DNA from: Basidiobolus meristosporus CBS 931.73
Taxonomy: Eukaryota; Fungi; Basidiobolomycota
Direction: 5' to 3'
DNA: 33,515 bases
Assembly: GCA_002104905.1 (NCBI GenBank)
Contig: MCFE01000819.1
Span: 1-33,515, forward strand
Shown: positions 1 to 10,400 of the stretch, piece after piece
Numbering within the stretch: the first letter of the stretch is position 1
How the letters are laid out: every line of letters begins with the position of its first letter
The notes under the pieces: generated by a model
Database searches by the model: none
Seen by the model: only the letters and a program-made list of their open reading frames with translations
What the model was told of the DNA's origin: nothing
Program-made: the position numbers and the translations under genes

Positions 1-759
1 ACACAGTCAACAGGCTTGTATATAATAAGAGCTTGTGAACTCCAGATTGCATGATAATACTCTTAGGACTTGATATCAATGTGCAAAGTAAATAATTTGA
101 TATCATCACAGTTTCAAAAAAGTACTTTACTTTGATTCTAGGCAGGCCCATTCTTATGTTCTTTGTTCCTAGAAAGTATTCTCATTACCAAATAACACTT
201 CGAGAGCAGTATACACAAGCAGACATATACACATGTATTAAGGGAAATCTTGCTTGAAATCAGCAAATTAGAAGGGTACAGGATTGCAAACTTCACAGCA
301 TTATATCATGGTTATGATCAAAGTCAAGAAACCTAATACAATACTAGTAAACCTGCAAATCTGCGGTTGGTGAGATTGCAGCCAGCATGAGGCTTGTCTT
401 ATATAGCAGCTTCAATCTTATACAATTGGTTGTAGATTTTGCTGATGCTGACGAAACAATATAGAATGAAAGTCGGGTATTTTGAGTGGCTATGAATTAT
501 GCGAATTGACTCTCAGAGTCAGAAATTGAAATGACTGGTTGCGGCATTGTCTCATTCCTGGCGAATCAGTAGAGAAACGATATCGAGCATTTTTGTGGCT
601 GTGCGATTGATCGATTGATTTCGAGTGGACTCTTTAAAAGGTATTTGCGGGGATATGCAGGTTGATGAATGGCCAGAATGTACATCGAACACATGATCCA
701 TATCTGGTTCAATTTGAAACACAGCAAATGCAGCCATCATCTTATACAAGACAAACGAA

Positions 760-1449
760 GCGCTCCAGTCATGTGATGCATCAATATATCTTCCCATAAA
801 TGCTCACTGATCTACACTACTAAGGTATTTTCTCCCCTTGGCACTAGACTCGGAGGTTTCCGTTTGTAGTTTCAACAGAACAGATATGCATAAATGGAAA
901 CAGCACGAAATCAATGGTTCAATCAAGCAGCACTTTCTCCAAGATAGGCAATGCAGTAATGAGTGTGCCAAGTGTGTTTGTGGGGCTTATTTTCCCATCA
1001 TACAGAATAGCCTGATATCTATCATTCCCCAAGTCCATATATTAGCCACCATTCTATTTGGACAGGTTAGAATTTATGACAACTCCTATCCTAGCATGCA
1101 ATACCAGAGCAGAACAGATTGGCATTGAATGCTAACCCAGTCTCCTTTGTTCAGTGTTCCTACCTGCGGGTAGCCTATTCCTGCGCCTGAGCGGACTCTC
1201 CCTCCGTCATCGTGGATCTGCCTCAGAACACCTTGGCACGCCAGCAATGGAATCGGTTGCGACCTTCGTATACTTGTCGATTACCCACTTGCCATCCGAA
1301 AATTTGCCCCAAATGTTGTATCCCTCAGCTGATTGTCCAAAATCCTGACATACAACCTCCACATAAGCACCGGCCTTTAAAGATCCCACAACGGCGTAGG
1401 TGGTCCGAGGACCAAATCGCGGATTCACTCCATCATTGAGAGGGAACAA
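760..1449 (-). pseudogene. Decayed gene with tandem bacterial-type SH3 (SH3b) repeats
   Basis: ORF 1449-1207 reads GVNPRFGPRTTYAVVGSLKAGAYVEVVCQ...GYNIWGKFSDGKWVIDKYTK...VPRC, the SH3b pattern (NxRxGP...YxVVGxL...VxxxCQ...IWxKxxDGxWV) of fungal and actinobacterial cell-wall-binding proteins. A second repeat (RVRSGAGIGYPQVGTLNKGDWVSIQCQ) follows in a shifted frame at about 1210-1110, and a third trace (VETTNGNLRV*CQGEKI) lies near 875-820. Stops and frameshifts; no ATG found. Confidence 0.55.
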
Positions 1450-3483
1450 CTTGGCAAATAAGATAGAAGGGACAGCTACTTATCACTAAACCTCTGACGG
1501 AAATAAACTCGTATTCGGTTCTCACGATGACGTAAATCAACCCTCGCTCAGTTAGCTATACCATTTAGTTTTCCCATACTGCACAGTCTTGCATGAGTCT
1601 GTTTCTTTCACTCTCTTATCCTCTTGTTCTACCTGGAACCCAAGAAAGATGGAAAGGCTGTACACGTAGAGGGCAGTGCTGGATCGTGAGTGAACGAATA
1701 CATGGTATCCAATGTGAGAAATTTGCGATCATGAATCAGCAAACTGTACCAGCTATACAACCCTTTGTCAAGTATCCCACTATCTTGGAATGACTGTTCA
1801 TAGATATGTAATTCCACACAAACTAACAACACTTCCAACATTTTCCGTGTGATCCAATATATACCGCTCTACTATGTAATTCTCATCATCTTTGGTTGCA
1901 ATTTCTCCAATCGCCTTCCACACCTGAATACCTATCATGGGTCGAGTACGATCGATCTTACTTGATTCTACTTCCCGATAAACACTCATTTAGTCAAGAG
2001 ATACGAGCGCTGACGTCCACTGAAGCACTAGAAATGCCTTCTGTGTGGCAAGTTGATCAGAACTGGTCCAACCCTCCAAGGTTACCCAACCGTCATCTAC
2101 CTGGATTGATATGTTTCGAATGCAACCGGATTGAAGTACAGCCCCAGCTCGTTCAACCCAACCAAGATTTCGTGTAACATTTGGCAACTGATGGAAACCA
2201 TAGCACATGTCACCGCCCCATCCATAGATGCGATTGGAGAAAACAGGAGAATGGATCTGTCTGCTGACAAAAAACCTCGATAATGGGAAATTCATGTTGA
2301 TGTATATCTGGTCGTTTGACATTCATTATCTCTGGATTTCTATCCAATAACGAGATCTGGATCTGGGTAAAAATGGATTCTGAACTAGTTACACATGAAT
2401 CCCGATACGATTTCCGCTTGTCTCATTAAACTATAAGTCTCCCATTGCTCAAGTGAAATCTGCTCGATCTCCACTCTATGTATCTCGGGCACAACCTGGT
2501 TGTGTTGTGACTACTGAGAGAACATCCGAATCTCCGTACGTGTAAGGGGGTTTCTGGCGCTTTGGTATTGCTAGCAACAATATAGAAATTAAGCTATTTC
2601 AGGACCACGTCGTATTGTATATACCCTATTGCTCCTCCTAGTCCCAGAAGTAGATGCCATTCACATTGTTCTAGTAGCATTCTGTGATAAGCATCAATTC
2701 ACTGGGCATGGATTTGGTCATTAACCCGATTGGAGACCGCGACAACTCAATCTGGATTGCTTGTAACACACGTCCTCGGTATTTTCAATTTGTTACAGCT
2801 GCTCTCTGCTGATTCATGACGAGGCTGAAACGTACTGAAGGTAGCTTTATTAGAACGATAACAAATAGTCATTAGTGACTGGAGGGAAATCTCTTGGTTG
2901 ATCCAAATGATCCTCGGTACGGTGTACTACGGGTAAGTAATGTGTGTTATGGTTGAGTAGCGTAACTTCAATATTCCAACAGCCTCTCACCTCACTTGGA
3001 GCTTATTTTACACACTTTGCATCGTGAGAACTCCCCTATATTAAACATGATTCCTACATCAACCAAGAGATGCTAGCGGATGGTCACGATGGGAATATGT
3101 GTCAGATGGATAGAAACAGCGGAGGATAGCTGCGATAACCCTAAATTGAGCATGTAACCCATAGAGATGTGATGGTGCAAGTAGCCGTGTCTGTCAGGCG
3201 TAAGTCGAGGATACGTCACTTGACTCTGCCGGCCAATAAGATAGAGTTGGCAGGGAGGTGAGGGTACAAGACCAGTGATACTAGTGAGTGCATAAGTAAC
3301 TGATGGCATAAGCAACCGATATAGTGATAGGGCTGGCTTCTGAGGACACATTGAGAGCACCAAGAACCGATAGAGCTTGCCTTGAAGGATATATTTAGAG
3401 TGGCAAGAGCCGATATAGAGTTTCAAGGAGCACCAACTTCCATGGGGGTGTGACATGCGTTGGATTGTGCCCTGGTACCTCTA

Positions 3484-3624
3484 AGTAAGCTGCAGAGTTA
3501 AATCTTATTTTCTTCACTGACATATTTGGGGCCAGAGGCTGGGTTTTCTTCGATGACATATTTGGGACCAGAAGGCTGCAGGTTGCATTTTCTTCACTGA
3601 CCTATTTGGAGCAGTAAGCTGCGG
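3484..3624. repeat. Degenerate minisatellite, three ~36-44 bp units
   Basis: Core TTTTCTTC(A/G)(C/A)TGAC(A/C)TATTTGG starts near 3508, 3544 and 3588; AGTAAGCTGC occurs at 3484 and 3613. Confidence 0.7.
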
Positions 3625-4109
3625 CGCTGTTAGGAATGTAAATGCTACGGCCTATTTCGCCACTACAGCACGGTAGAAAGCAGACCAGAGCTCAAGATTA
3701 CGTGCATTACCCTTATAGTGCGCCATCCGCCATCACCAACTACTTGCTCGGCTCTGTCAAAACAGACCGGTCTAGCTCAATTGGGAAGATCCGTTTAAAA
3801 CCGGACTGATCACGGGATTTGGGTTGTCAAACAACTTGGTCGATTTGTTTGACCGCCATCCGCCTGTACCACTACCCATTTTGGAGGACAGGATAAACGC
3901 CAGACCACACTCCAATTAAGTTTATTGCCAAAACTAGGAGCAATCTCGGCGATTTCCGAATTCGGAGTCTTTCCATGCTCTAGCATTCAGGTATGGGGAG
4001 CTTGAAATTTTGTACTACGCCGCTTTGCGAGTGAGACTGACTTTGACCAGCTGGTTTTTGAGAAATGGTTTAGAGATCAGGGTTAGGCTCTCCCCTCCAT
4101 CGAAAACTG

Positions 4110-4117
4110 TATATAAG
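4110..4117 (+). promoter_or_regulatory. Putative TATA box of the GT2 gene
   Basis: TATATAAG about 55 bp upstream of the ATG at 4168. Confidence 0.4.
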
Positions 4118-4167
4118 GGGCGGCTAGGATCACACAAGGGCACAGTACTTTGCTCAGAATTCACACA

Positions 4168-6006
4168 ATGGAGTGGATGTTGGACTTGCACTCGGCTTTT
4201 GCCGCGTTCGCGTTGATCGTGCTCACTCTCGGAGGTTTGTATAGTGGTATTGTCGCACCATTGGGAAACTACGTCTTCAAGATGCGATTCTTCCGAGAGG
4301 GGTATGCACACAAATCAAGGTTCTTGACCATCTGTCTGTCAATCGTCATGGGAGTGGGGATTCCGACTGCCTTCCTTGTATATTATGCAGTAGACGGGGG
4401 ATTCCATGACCCCGACCCCAAGGCTTTCTTCCGCTATGTATGGCGATTCTGCGACTACTGGCGCAGCTACCAAAACTTCCGTGTAGATGGACTCCTGTTC
4501 TGCTACATCTACTTCTTCCTATGTTTCGGCCTCGTCCTGAACTCAGCCTTCGGGATATTCTCCCGCTGGAAGCCCCTCCCTGAGCCAGAGACTGAGCCGG
4601 CTTCAGAGCGCCACCTGTTCCTTATTGTTGCACACAACAGCTCCGACAAACTGAGAGAGACGGTGCTTGCCATATTCAACCACGTTGCCCCACACCAGGT
4701 CTTTGTGGCTGATAACGGCTCCTCAAGTGAGGAGATCAAGGCTACCGACGAGATGTGCTTTCAGCTGTCGCTGGATTACTACGCCTCCAGAGGACTGGAG
4801 TTTAGCAGCCAGATCAACGTATCCCATATCCAGTACGGGAATAAGACCCTGGCACAATTTCACGCCGTACACAGTCTGCATAGCCGTTACCACGAAGGGA
4901 AGTCACCAATTGATATCATCACCATCCTGGATGATGATGTGCTTGTACCGAAGAACTGGCCGTCGAAATCTATCGAAGCGCAGTTCGACGACCCCTCGAA
5001 GATCGTGCTGGGCTATCCTCTGTGTGCGGAAAACAACAGCGCCACCCTGATGGCCACGCTACAAGACTGCGAATACCTTAGCGGCAATGTTGGCCGCTAC
5101 GTGCAGTCCATGCTTGGGACCCAGCTGTTTGCTTCGGGGGCCATTGCCACCTGGCGTTTGGATCAGCTTAAAGAGGTGTTGAGTAGACACTGCACCATCT
5201 TCAATGGCGAGGACCTGGAGATGGGCTACTTGGTTCACAAACTGTCAGGTCGAGATGGAGCCAAGTTGGGGACCGAGCACCCCACCAGAATTGGCTATGT
5301 GAGAGACTGCGTTGTGCCCACCATTGTGCCATATTGTGCGTTCCACTGGTACGACGTGCTTCCAAACCCTATCAAGAAAAAGCTTCGTCCCACCCCATGT
5401 AAATGCGAGGAGCACTCCTTCTTGAATCAACGTCTACGCTCATGGGATCCCGCCGGTCACATGTTTCTGGTGAAATGGATCAAGGTGCTCTTCTCGCCAG
5501 GCGGTCGATCATACAGCCCGAAATGGTTCGTACGGGTAATCTGCATGTGGAAGATAATAAGCGCTCTCCGAGAGCTCTCCCAGATTGTAGGCATCTTCGT
5601 CTCGTTCGGACAGCTCCGGACACTGGAATCGTTTAAAAGTTTGATGGTTTTCTACGCCGACTCGATAGTGATCAGCTGGTCAGTGATAGTCTTTTATTCG
5701 CTCTTCCAATCCCACAGCTGTGGCCGGCTTGGAATGTCGTGGCGGCCAGACATCATTGTGTGGTACCCTATCCTCTACGAGATCCCCTACACCCTAATCA
5801 TCCGCACCATCACCTGTTTGTATACCATATTTTATTACCTAATAGTCCAACGCTTTCCCGACGATGTCCGTACCCAATTAGAGAAGGACGGCGAGAAATC
5901 CAAGGAGATTCTCACCAGTCAGCTTAAGGAGTTTTCCATCGCAGACCTTGAGAGAGCCCACCTGAAACGCTCGTCTTCCGAGGAATTACTCATCGCTAAT
6001 AAATAG
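4168..6006 (+). CDS. Intronless family-2 (GT2) processive membrane glycosyltransferase, 612 aa
   Basis: Long ORF; first ATG at 4168 (the track starts at TTG 4150). N-terminal TM helices, then LIVAHN, VADNGSS, GNKTLAQ, ILDDD (DxD), FASGAIATWR, GEDLEMG (catalytic ED) and NQRLRSW (QxxRW-like), followed by C-terminal TM helices. Confidence 0.85.
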   Translation: MEWMLDLHSAFAAFALIVLTLGGLYSGIVAPLGNYVFKMRFFREGYAHKSRFLTICLSIVMGVGIPTAFLVYYAVDGGFHDPDPKAFFRYVWRFCDYWRSYQNFRVDGLLFCYIYFFLCFGLVLNSAFGIFSRWKPLPEPETEPASERHLFLIVAHNSSDKLRETVLAIFNHVAPHQVFVADNGSSSEEIKATDEMCFQLSLDYYASRGLEFSSQINVSHIQYGNKTLAQFHAVHSLHSRYHEGKSPIDIITILDDDVLVPKNWPSKSIEAQFDDPSKIVLGYPLCAENNSATLMATLQDCEYLSGNVGRYVQSMLGTQLFASGAIATWRLDQLKEVLSRHCTIFNGEDLEMGYLVHKLSGRDGAKLGTEHPTRIGYVRDCVVPTIVPYCAFHWYDVLPNPIKKKLRPTPCKCEEHSFLNQRLRSWDPAGHMFLVKWIKVLFSPGGRSYSPKWFVRVICMWKIISALRELSQIVGIFVSFGQLRTLESFKSLMVFYADSIVISWSVIVFYSLFQSHSCGRLGMSWRPDIIVWYPILYEIPYTLIIRTITCLYTIFYYLIVQRFPDDVRTQLEKDGEKSKEILTSQLKEFSIADLERAHLKRSSSEELLIANK

Positions 6007-6903
6007 CTTCGTCACATGTTTCTTTTCCAATGTCCTTAGCGCGCTTCATTGATGGTCTAATTATATCGTAATCGGGCGTGACACAAGAACACGAATTCCC
6101 TTTACTGGCCATTTCCTCTTTTGCTCATCCATATATGGATCACCATGGATACCGATTGCCTAGGTGGGATATTAAGGATTTGCTTGGCCCACCAATAATC
6201 CTATTATGGCCGACTGATTTTGACTCCAAGTGTAAGCAGCGTTTGCCTTCCTTATTTGCCAGAGCGAGTGGAGTAAACTGTCTTGGATCACCTGGCTATC
6301 ACACAGATCCTACGGGTGATACATGCTTGAAACAGCATAGCTGATCCAAACAAAGGCAAGACCGAGCACTTCGCTAAACAGCAGCAGTTGATCAGTAGGA
6401 GAGTTATTGATATTACACAGCCTTGATCCAGGTAACCGTCCTCACGCTTAGCCTTATGATCAGGTGCGATAGTAAAGATGGTGAAAAATTTCGCAGAACT
6501 GAGGACAGTGGTCTCGCATGCTGAACGTCCAAATCCCTTATCCCATAGTCAGTGGTATTGTCGATACTGGTGGCCAACAACCATTCAAATCACCCGCCGT
6601 CTAACCGTGATATAACCTTTGCATGCAAGTGAACGGAGATTAAAGTGAAATAAAATTGGTTTGGAATCCGATTTGGGCGGAAAATAAACCAACCCAACAA
6701 CCCATGGATTTTTGCTGATAATCGATAAGCTTGATTAAAATAGCCATATGGTGGCCAATAGCCATTGGGATTGGCTCTGACAACCCCAATTTGGAGTTGT
6801 ATTGGGTATTCCAACTAAAGTCGATCATTAGTTAACAAGTCGCTTAACTATGTGAGGATGCTGAGCACCCTGGGTTAGTAAACCGCCCCTTCACAACGAC
6901 GAC

Positions 6904-7644
6904 ATGTCTTCGAAAGAGCTTGCCAACCTAACTTCCGTGACGATCTCAAGTCGCAGGTTCGAAGCTATCAAGGAGGAAATCCGCACTCTAAGACAGCTTC
7001 AAAGCCACATATTCACCGACATTAACGCACAGAGAAAGAGCGAGGTCAAGAAAGAGCGGGATTCCCTTTTGGAGAAGGTACTCAGCGGAATCGATGCCAC
7101 CGACACACTCATTCCCACTGGAGATGAGATGGCCAGAGAGGAGAGAAAGCAGCTCTTGAAGGACTTGCAGAGCTCCCAGATGAAGGCCCAGATTGACCTC
7201 AAGAGTATGTTGGAGCAATTGGTAGGAGAACGTACAGAGCAACTGCCGTGATCTTTATACTAAGTGGTTGACTCATCCCTTTAGTACCAATCGCTTAAGC
7301 CGGACGCATATGATACCCAAATTTATGAAGCGGTTCGCGGCAACGACGAAATCATCGTGGGGGATTTACGCACCCAATATGCCAGCAATCCGAGGGATTC
7401 TCCGGTGCTGGTTCAGATTGAGCTGGCTAGACAAGAGCTCCACAAGCTGGATGAAAGCCTGAACGCGGTGCGCGAGCTCAACTCTAAGTACTATCGGTTG
7501 GATAAGGCGGAGAACAGGATAGAGGAGTTCAAGGTGGAGCTCCCCTCGCGTAAGAGAAGCAAACGTACCAAGATCATGTTCGCCGGGACAGTTATCGTCA
7601 CTCTGGGCCTGATGATTGGGTTGATCGTCACCCAGGTACACTAG
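6904..7644 (+). CDS. Divergent syntaxin-like (Sso/Qa-like) tail-anchored protein, 225 aa
   Basis: Exons 6904-7221 and 7285-7644 (GTAGGA...TTTAG, phase 0) join in frame. Coiled-coil N-terminus, YQSLKPDA linker resembling the Sso YxIVxPDA motif, ARQELHKLDESL resembling the start of the SNARE motif, basic RKRSKRTK, then a C-terminal TM helix. Confidence 0.6.
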
Positions 7645-7901
7645 TGACTCAGAATCAACATTTTATGTAGCATATTATTGTCCTATATTCGAATATACCA
7701 ACAAGTATACACGCATCAGCATGTAGTAGAGTACAGATAAGCATACATGCATCAGCATTTAGTCAAGAACAAGTATGACATTTAGTAAAGGATTGATCTG
7801 TATCAGCATCGATGTATTTATTTGAGATGCGCAGCTCCAACGGATTATACACGAATAAAAGTATGCAGATGGTTAAATATTAGGGGAGGTAAGATTATGA
7901 C

Positions 7902-9237
7902 TCAAAGGACTACTACGAAGATCAAAAAGAAAACCACGATAATTGCAAAAATCTTGGCCATCAGCCAGCGGTTGGATGAGATGTGCGCGTAGTATTTTAG
8001 TAGCTCTTTTTGCGCCCCACTGACATTCATCTCGATATCATCCACGTTGGCGTCAATTCTACGAAGAGTGGTTGAGTCTTCGGGAGGATTGGTGTGCGGT
8101 GGTTAGACTAACGTACCTTTGTACCGCTTCTCTCTGCTCCGCAACCATGTGCGCCAAGCTGTTGGAAGATGTTCCCTAGCTCGGCGATGGTGGATTCAAT
8201 GGTTTCAATGGCATTAGCTCTCTCATCGATGTATGTGTTCTGGAAGATGTCACGTTAACCCCAAGGCTGAAAGTAATTGCTGATGGAATGGCAATACCTG
8301 TTGCTCTACAAGTTGAAGCTGTTGAGCTGATTGTGTGGAGAAATCCAAAGCAACAAATTCTCCATTGGTTGGGTCCTCCTGTTTCCGCTCAAAGTGAAAT
8401 AACGGGGAGTCCGCTGGCGAAGATAATATGGTTAAAATCGATACGTTCTACCGGATTGATGGTGCTTGGGGTACATACTAGAGGGGCCGATTGATAGTGG
8501 CGCCGAAGATTCCATGAACTGCTCTTTACGATCTTTGGTGGCTTTCATATTCTGGTGAATTGAAGGGAAGGGTTAGCTGTTTGTGCACCGCGCATAGAAC
8601 ATCAAAGGAACATACACTCGTGCGCATCTCCAAGACGTCTTTGAAGCTAAGCGAGGCGTTCATTAATTTCGACTGCAGCATCACGACGACATTGTTGTTG
8701 TGCTCTTCGATTTGTTTGGCATTCTTACGTCCACTCTTATTCTCCCGTACGTTCCTTTGTAAATTGGCGATCTGTTGATTCAGTCTGGCGATGTCTTGTT
8801 TGATAACATAAGTCAATTCCTATCAATGAAAAGGAGTCAGCTGTTCATCCAGACAATACAGTGCTAGCTCCGCCCCACGAGACACAGAGGTAAGACTCAC
8901 GCTGATTTCTGTGGGCTTGTCATCGAACAATGTTTTGCGCTTCGCCACTGGAATGAAAGGCTATTTCAGTACCCGTACAAGATGACCCGAGGAAAAAGCT
9001 CTAGAAGAAAAGAAGCTTACGTTTGGTCAATTTCTGCAGCTTGGCTGCAGTGCTGTTTATGTCACGACCGATGGCGCCTGCCATGTGAGAGAATTCCGTT
9101 TTACTCGGTATTCCATTGTGTGATTCAGGTCGAATGAGGGCATTCTTTTCCGTGCCGTTGCGAGAGGGCCGTGAGGATCTGGACCTCAGCGAATCGACGG
9201 CAGCTTGAAATTCAAAAGTTCTATTTTTGATGGACAT
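7902..9237 (-). CDS. SED5: cis-Golgi syntaxin Sed5/syntaxin-5, with an apparent 1-bp insertion at 8154-8155
   Basis: N-peptide MSIKNRTFEF; LAKRKTLFDDKPTEISELTYVIKQD; HNNNVVVMLQSKL; IESTIAELGNIFQQL; IDANV; NRWLMAKIF plus TM helix. Exons 9237-9021, 8947-8901, 8819-8616, 8551-8479, 8413-8298, 8239-8117, 8058-7902. Confidence 0.92.
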
Positions 9238-9533
9238 GGTAAGGGATTATGAGGAACTAGAAAAATGAAGTGCAAAAGCCAAAGAGTTATAGGAAAATTC
9301 CAGCGACTGTAACAATCATCAGCCAGCCCAGCATCCCAATCCAATGTGTATCATTTTGTTTGGATCGCAGTAACTCTCGATCTATTCTAGAATTCTTGAA
9401 ATTCAATCAAAACTCGACCAATTCACCGTCGCAACGTGGCTGCTGGATGGGCACTGACTACACTTGCAAACATACAACTAGCGCTGGATTTAGAATACGA
9501 ATGTTTATTGATTTCAAACCAAAAAGCGGCCGT

Positions 9534-10016
9534 TTAGATCAAAGTTTCGTAGGCAATAGGGTAGATGGTGGTGGGAGCATTGTCCTTGGTGGAGACATGA
9601 CGAGCCTCGCGGGGTTGGACAGGTTGACGCTTAAGATGGATGGATTGGCCAGCAGCCTTGGCTTCCTTCTTCTTTTGAGCGTTTTCCTTGACACGACGCA
9701 AGAAGTCATCACGGCACTTGGAGTGCTTGATGTGCTCAATACGGATGTTGACACGCTTCTCCATGTAACGGTTGCCGACACGCTTGTTCACGATGACACC
9801 GACGGAGGTCTTGGTGACGTTGTAGACAATACCGGTTCTGCCGTGGTAGAACTTGTGGGGCATACCCTTTTGGATGGAGGCGTTGGCCTTGATATCAACG
9901 ATATCACCAACCTTGTAGGTCTTCAAGTAAGTGGAAAGCTTGACGGGGCCATGTTCACGGAACTTCTGGGAGAACAAGTGACGGGTACGAGCACGATAAC
10001 CAAAAGAGTGAGGCAT
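9534..10016 (-). CDS. RPL21: 60S ribosomal protein eL21
   Basis: 160-aa ORF MPHSFGYRARTRHLFS...GDIVDIKANASIQKGMPHKFYHGRTG...RIEHIKHSKCR, typical of eL21. Confidence 0.98.
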   Translation of the reverse strand: MPHSFGYRARTRHLFSQKFREHGPVKLSTYLKTYKVGDIVDIKANASIQKGMPHKFYHGRTGIVYNVTKTSVGVIVNKRVGNRYMEKRVNIRIEHIKHSKCRDDFLRRVKENAQKKKEAKAAGQSIHLKRQPVQPREARHVSTKDNAPTTIYPIAYETLI

Positions 10017-10025
10017 TGTTGCTTA

Positions 10026-10148
10026 CTACGGATATCCAATGAAACTTGATATTAGTAAAGTCATAACCCAGCATGAACAAACAACACATTCGCTTGTCGA
10101 CTTCAAATTCCGCACTAATCTATCAACGAATATGCATACAACTCGTAC
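10026..10148 (-). other. Predicted 5'UTR intron of RPL21
   Basis: On the minus strand: GTACGA donor at 10148, TACTAAT branch-like site, CCGTAG acceptor ending at 10026, 9 nt before the ATG. Confidence 0.6.
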
Positions 10149-10400
10149 CTACAAGAGTTTCCACTAGGCTCGTGAAGGAGAAAAGGAAGTTTCTGTGTTT
10201 GTCAGAGTGCTTACTTTTGTTGACGCCAGGCCAGAAAAAAAAATCCCCCTTAAGCAGGGGTTGGATTTTTCGGGGCCTGCCGGGTGATTGGCCGGGGCCG
10301 GGGCGCATTGGAATTTTCACCCAAAGCTCGGGTCAGTTAAAAGTGTGTATTTTCGCCTGGAAACCTCCTTTCCTCTGGTCGGATTCAACAGCGGCGTAAC

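Noticed and set aside
3765-3841. Complete tRNA gene (GACCGG...TTGGTC with an A box)
   Set aside because: No B box matching GWTCRANNC and no anticodon arm; kept only as part of a low-interest finding.
6100-6830. Minus-strand fragments (NGYWPP/NGCWPP, AAYTWSQN) suggesting a decayed secreted hydrolase
   Set aside because: Frames too broken to assign a family without a search.
9270-10049. 259-aa plus-strand ORF
   Set aside because: Antisense shadow of RPL21. The same applies to 10753-11034 over RPS9 and several ORFs opposite HGH1, COQ6 and GLO1.
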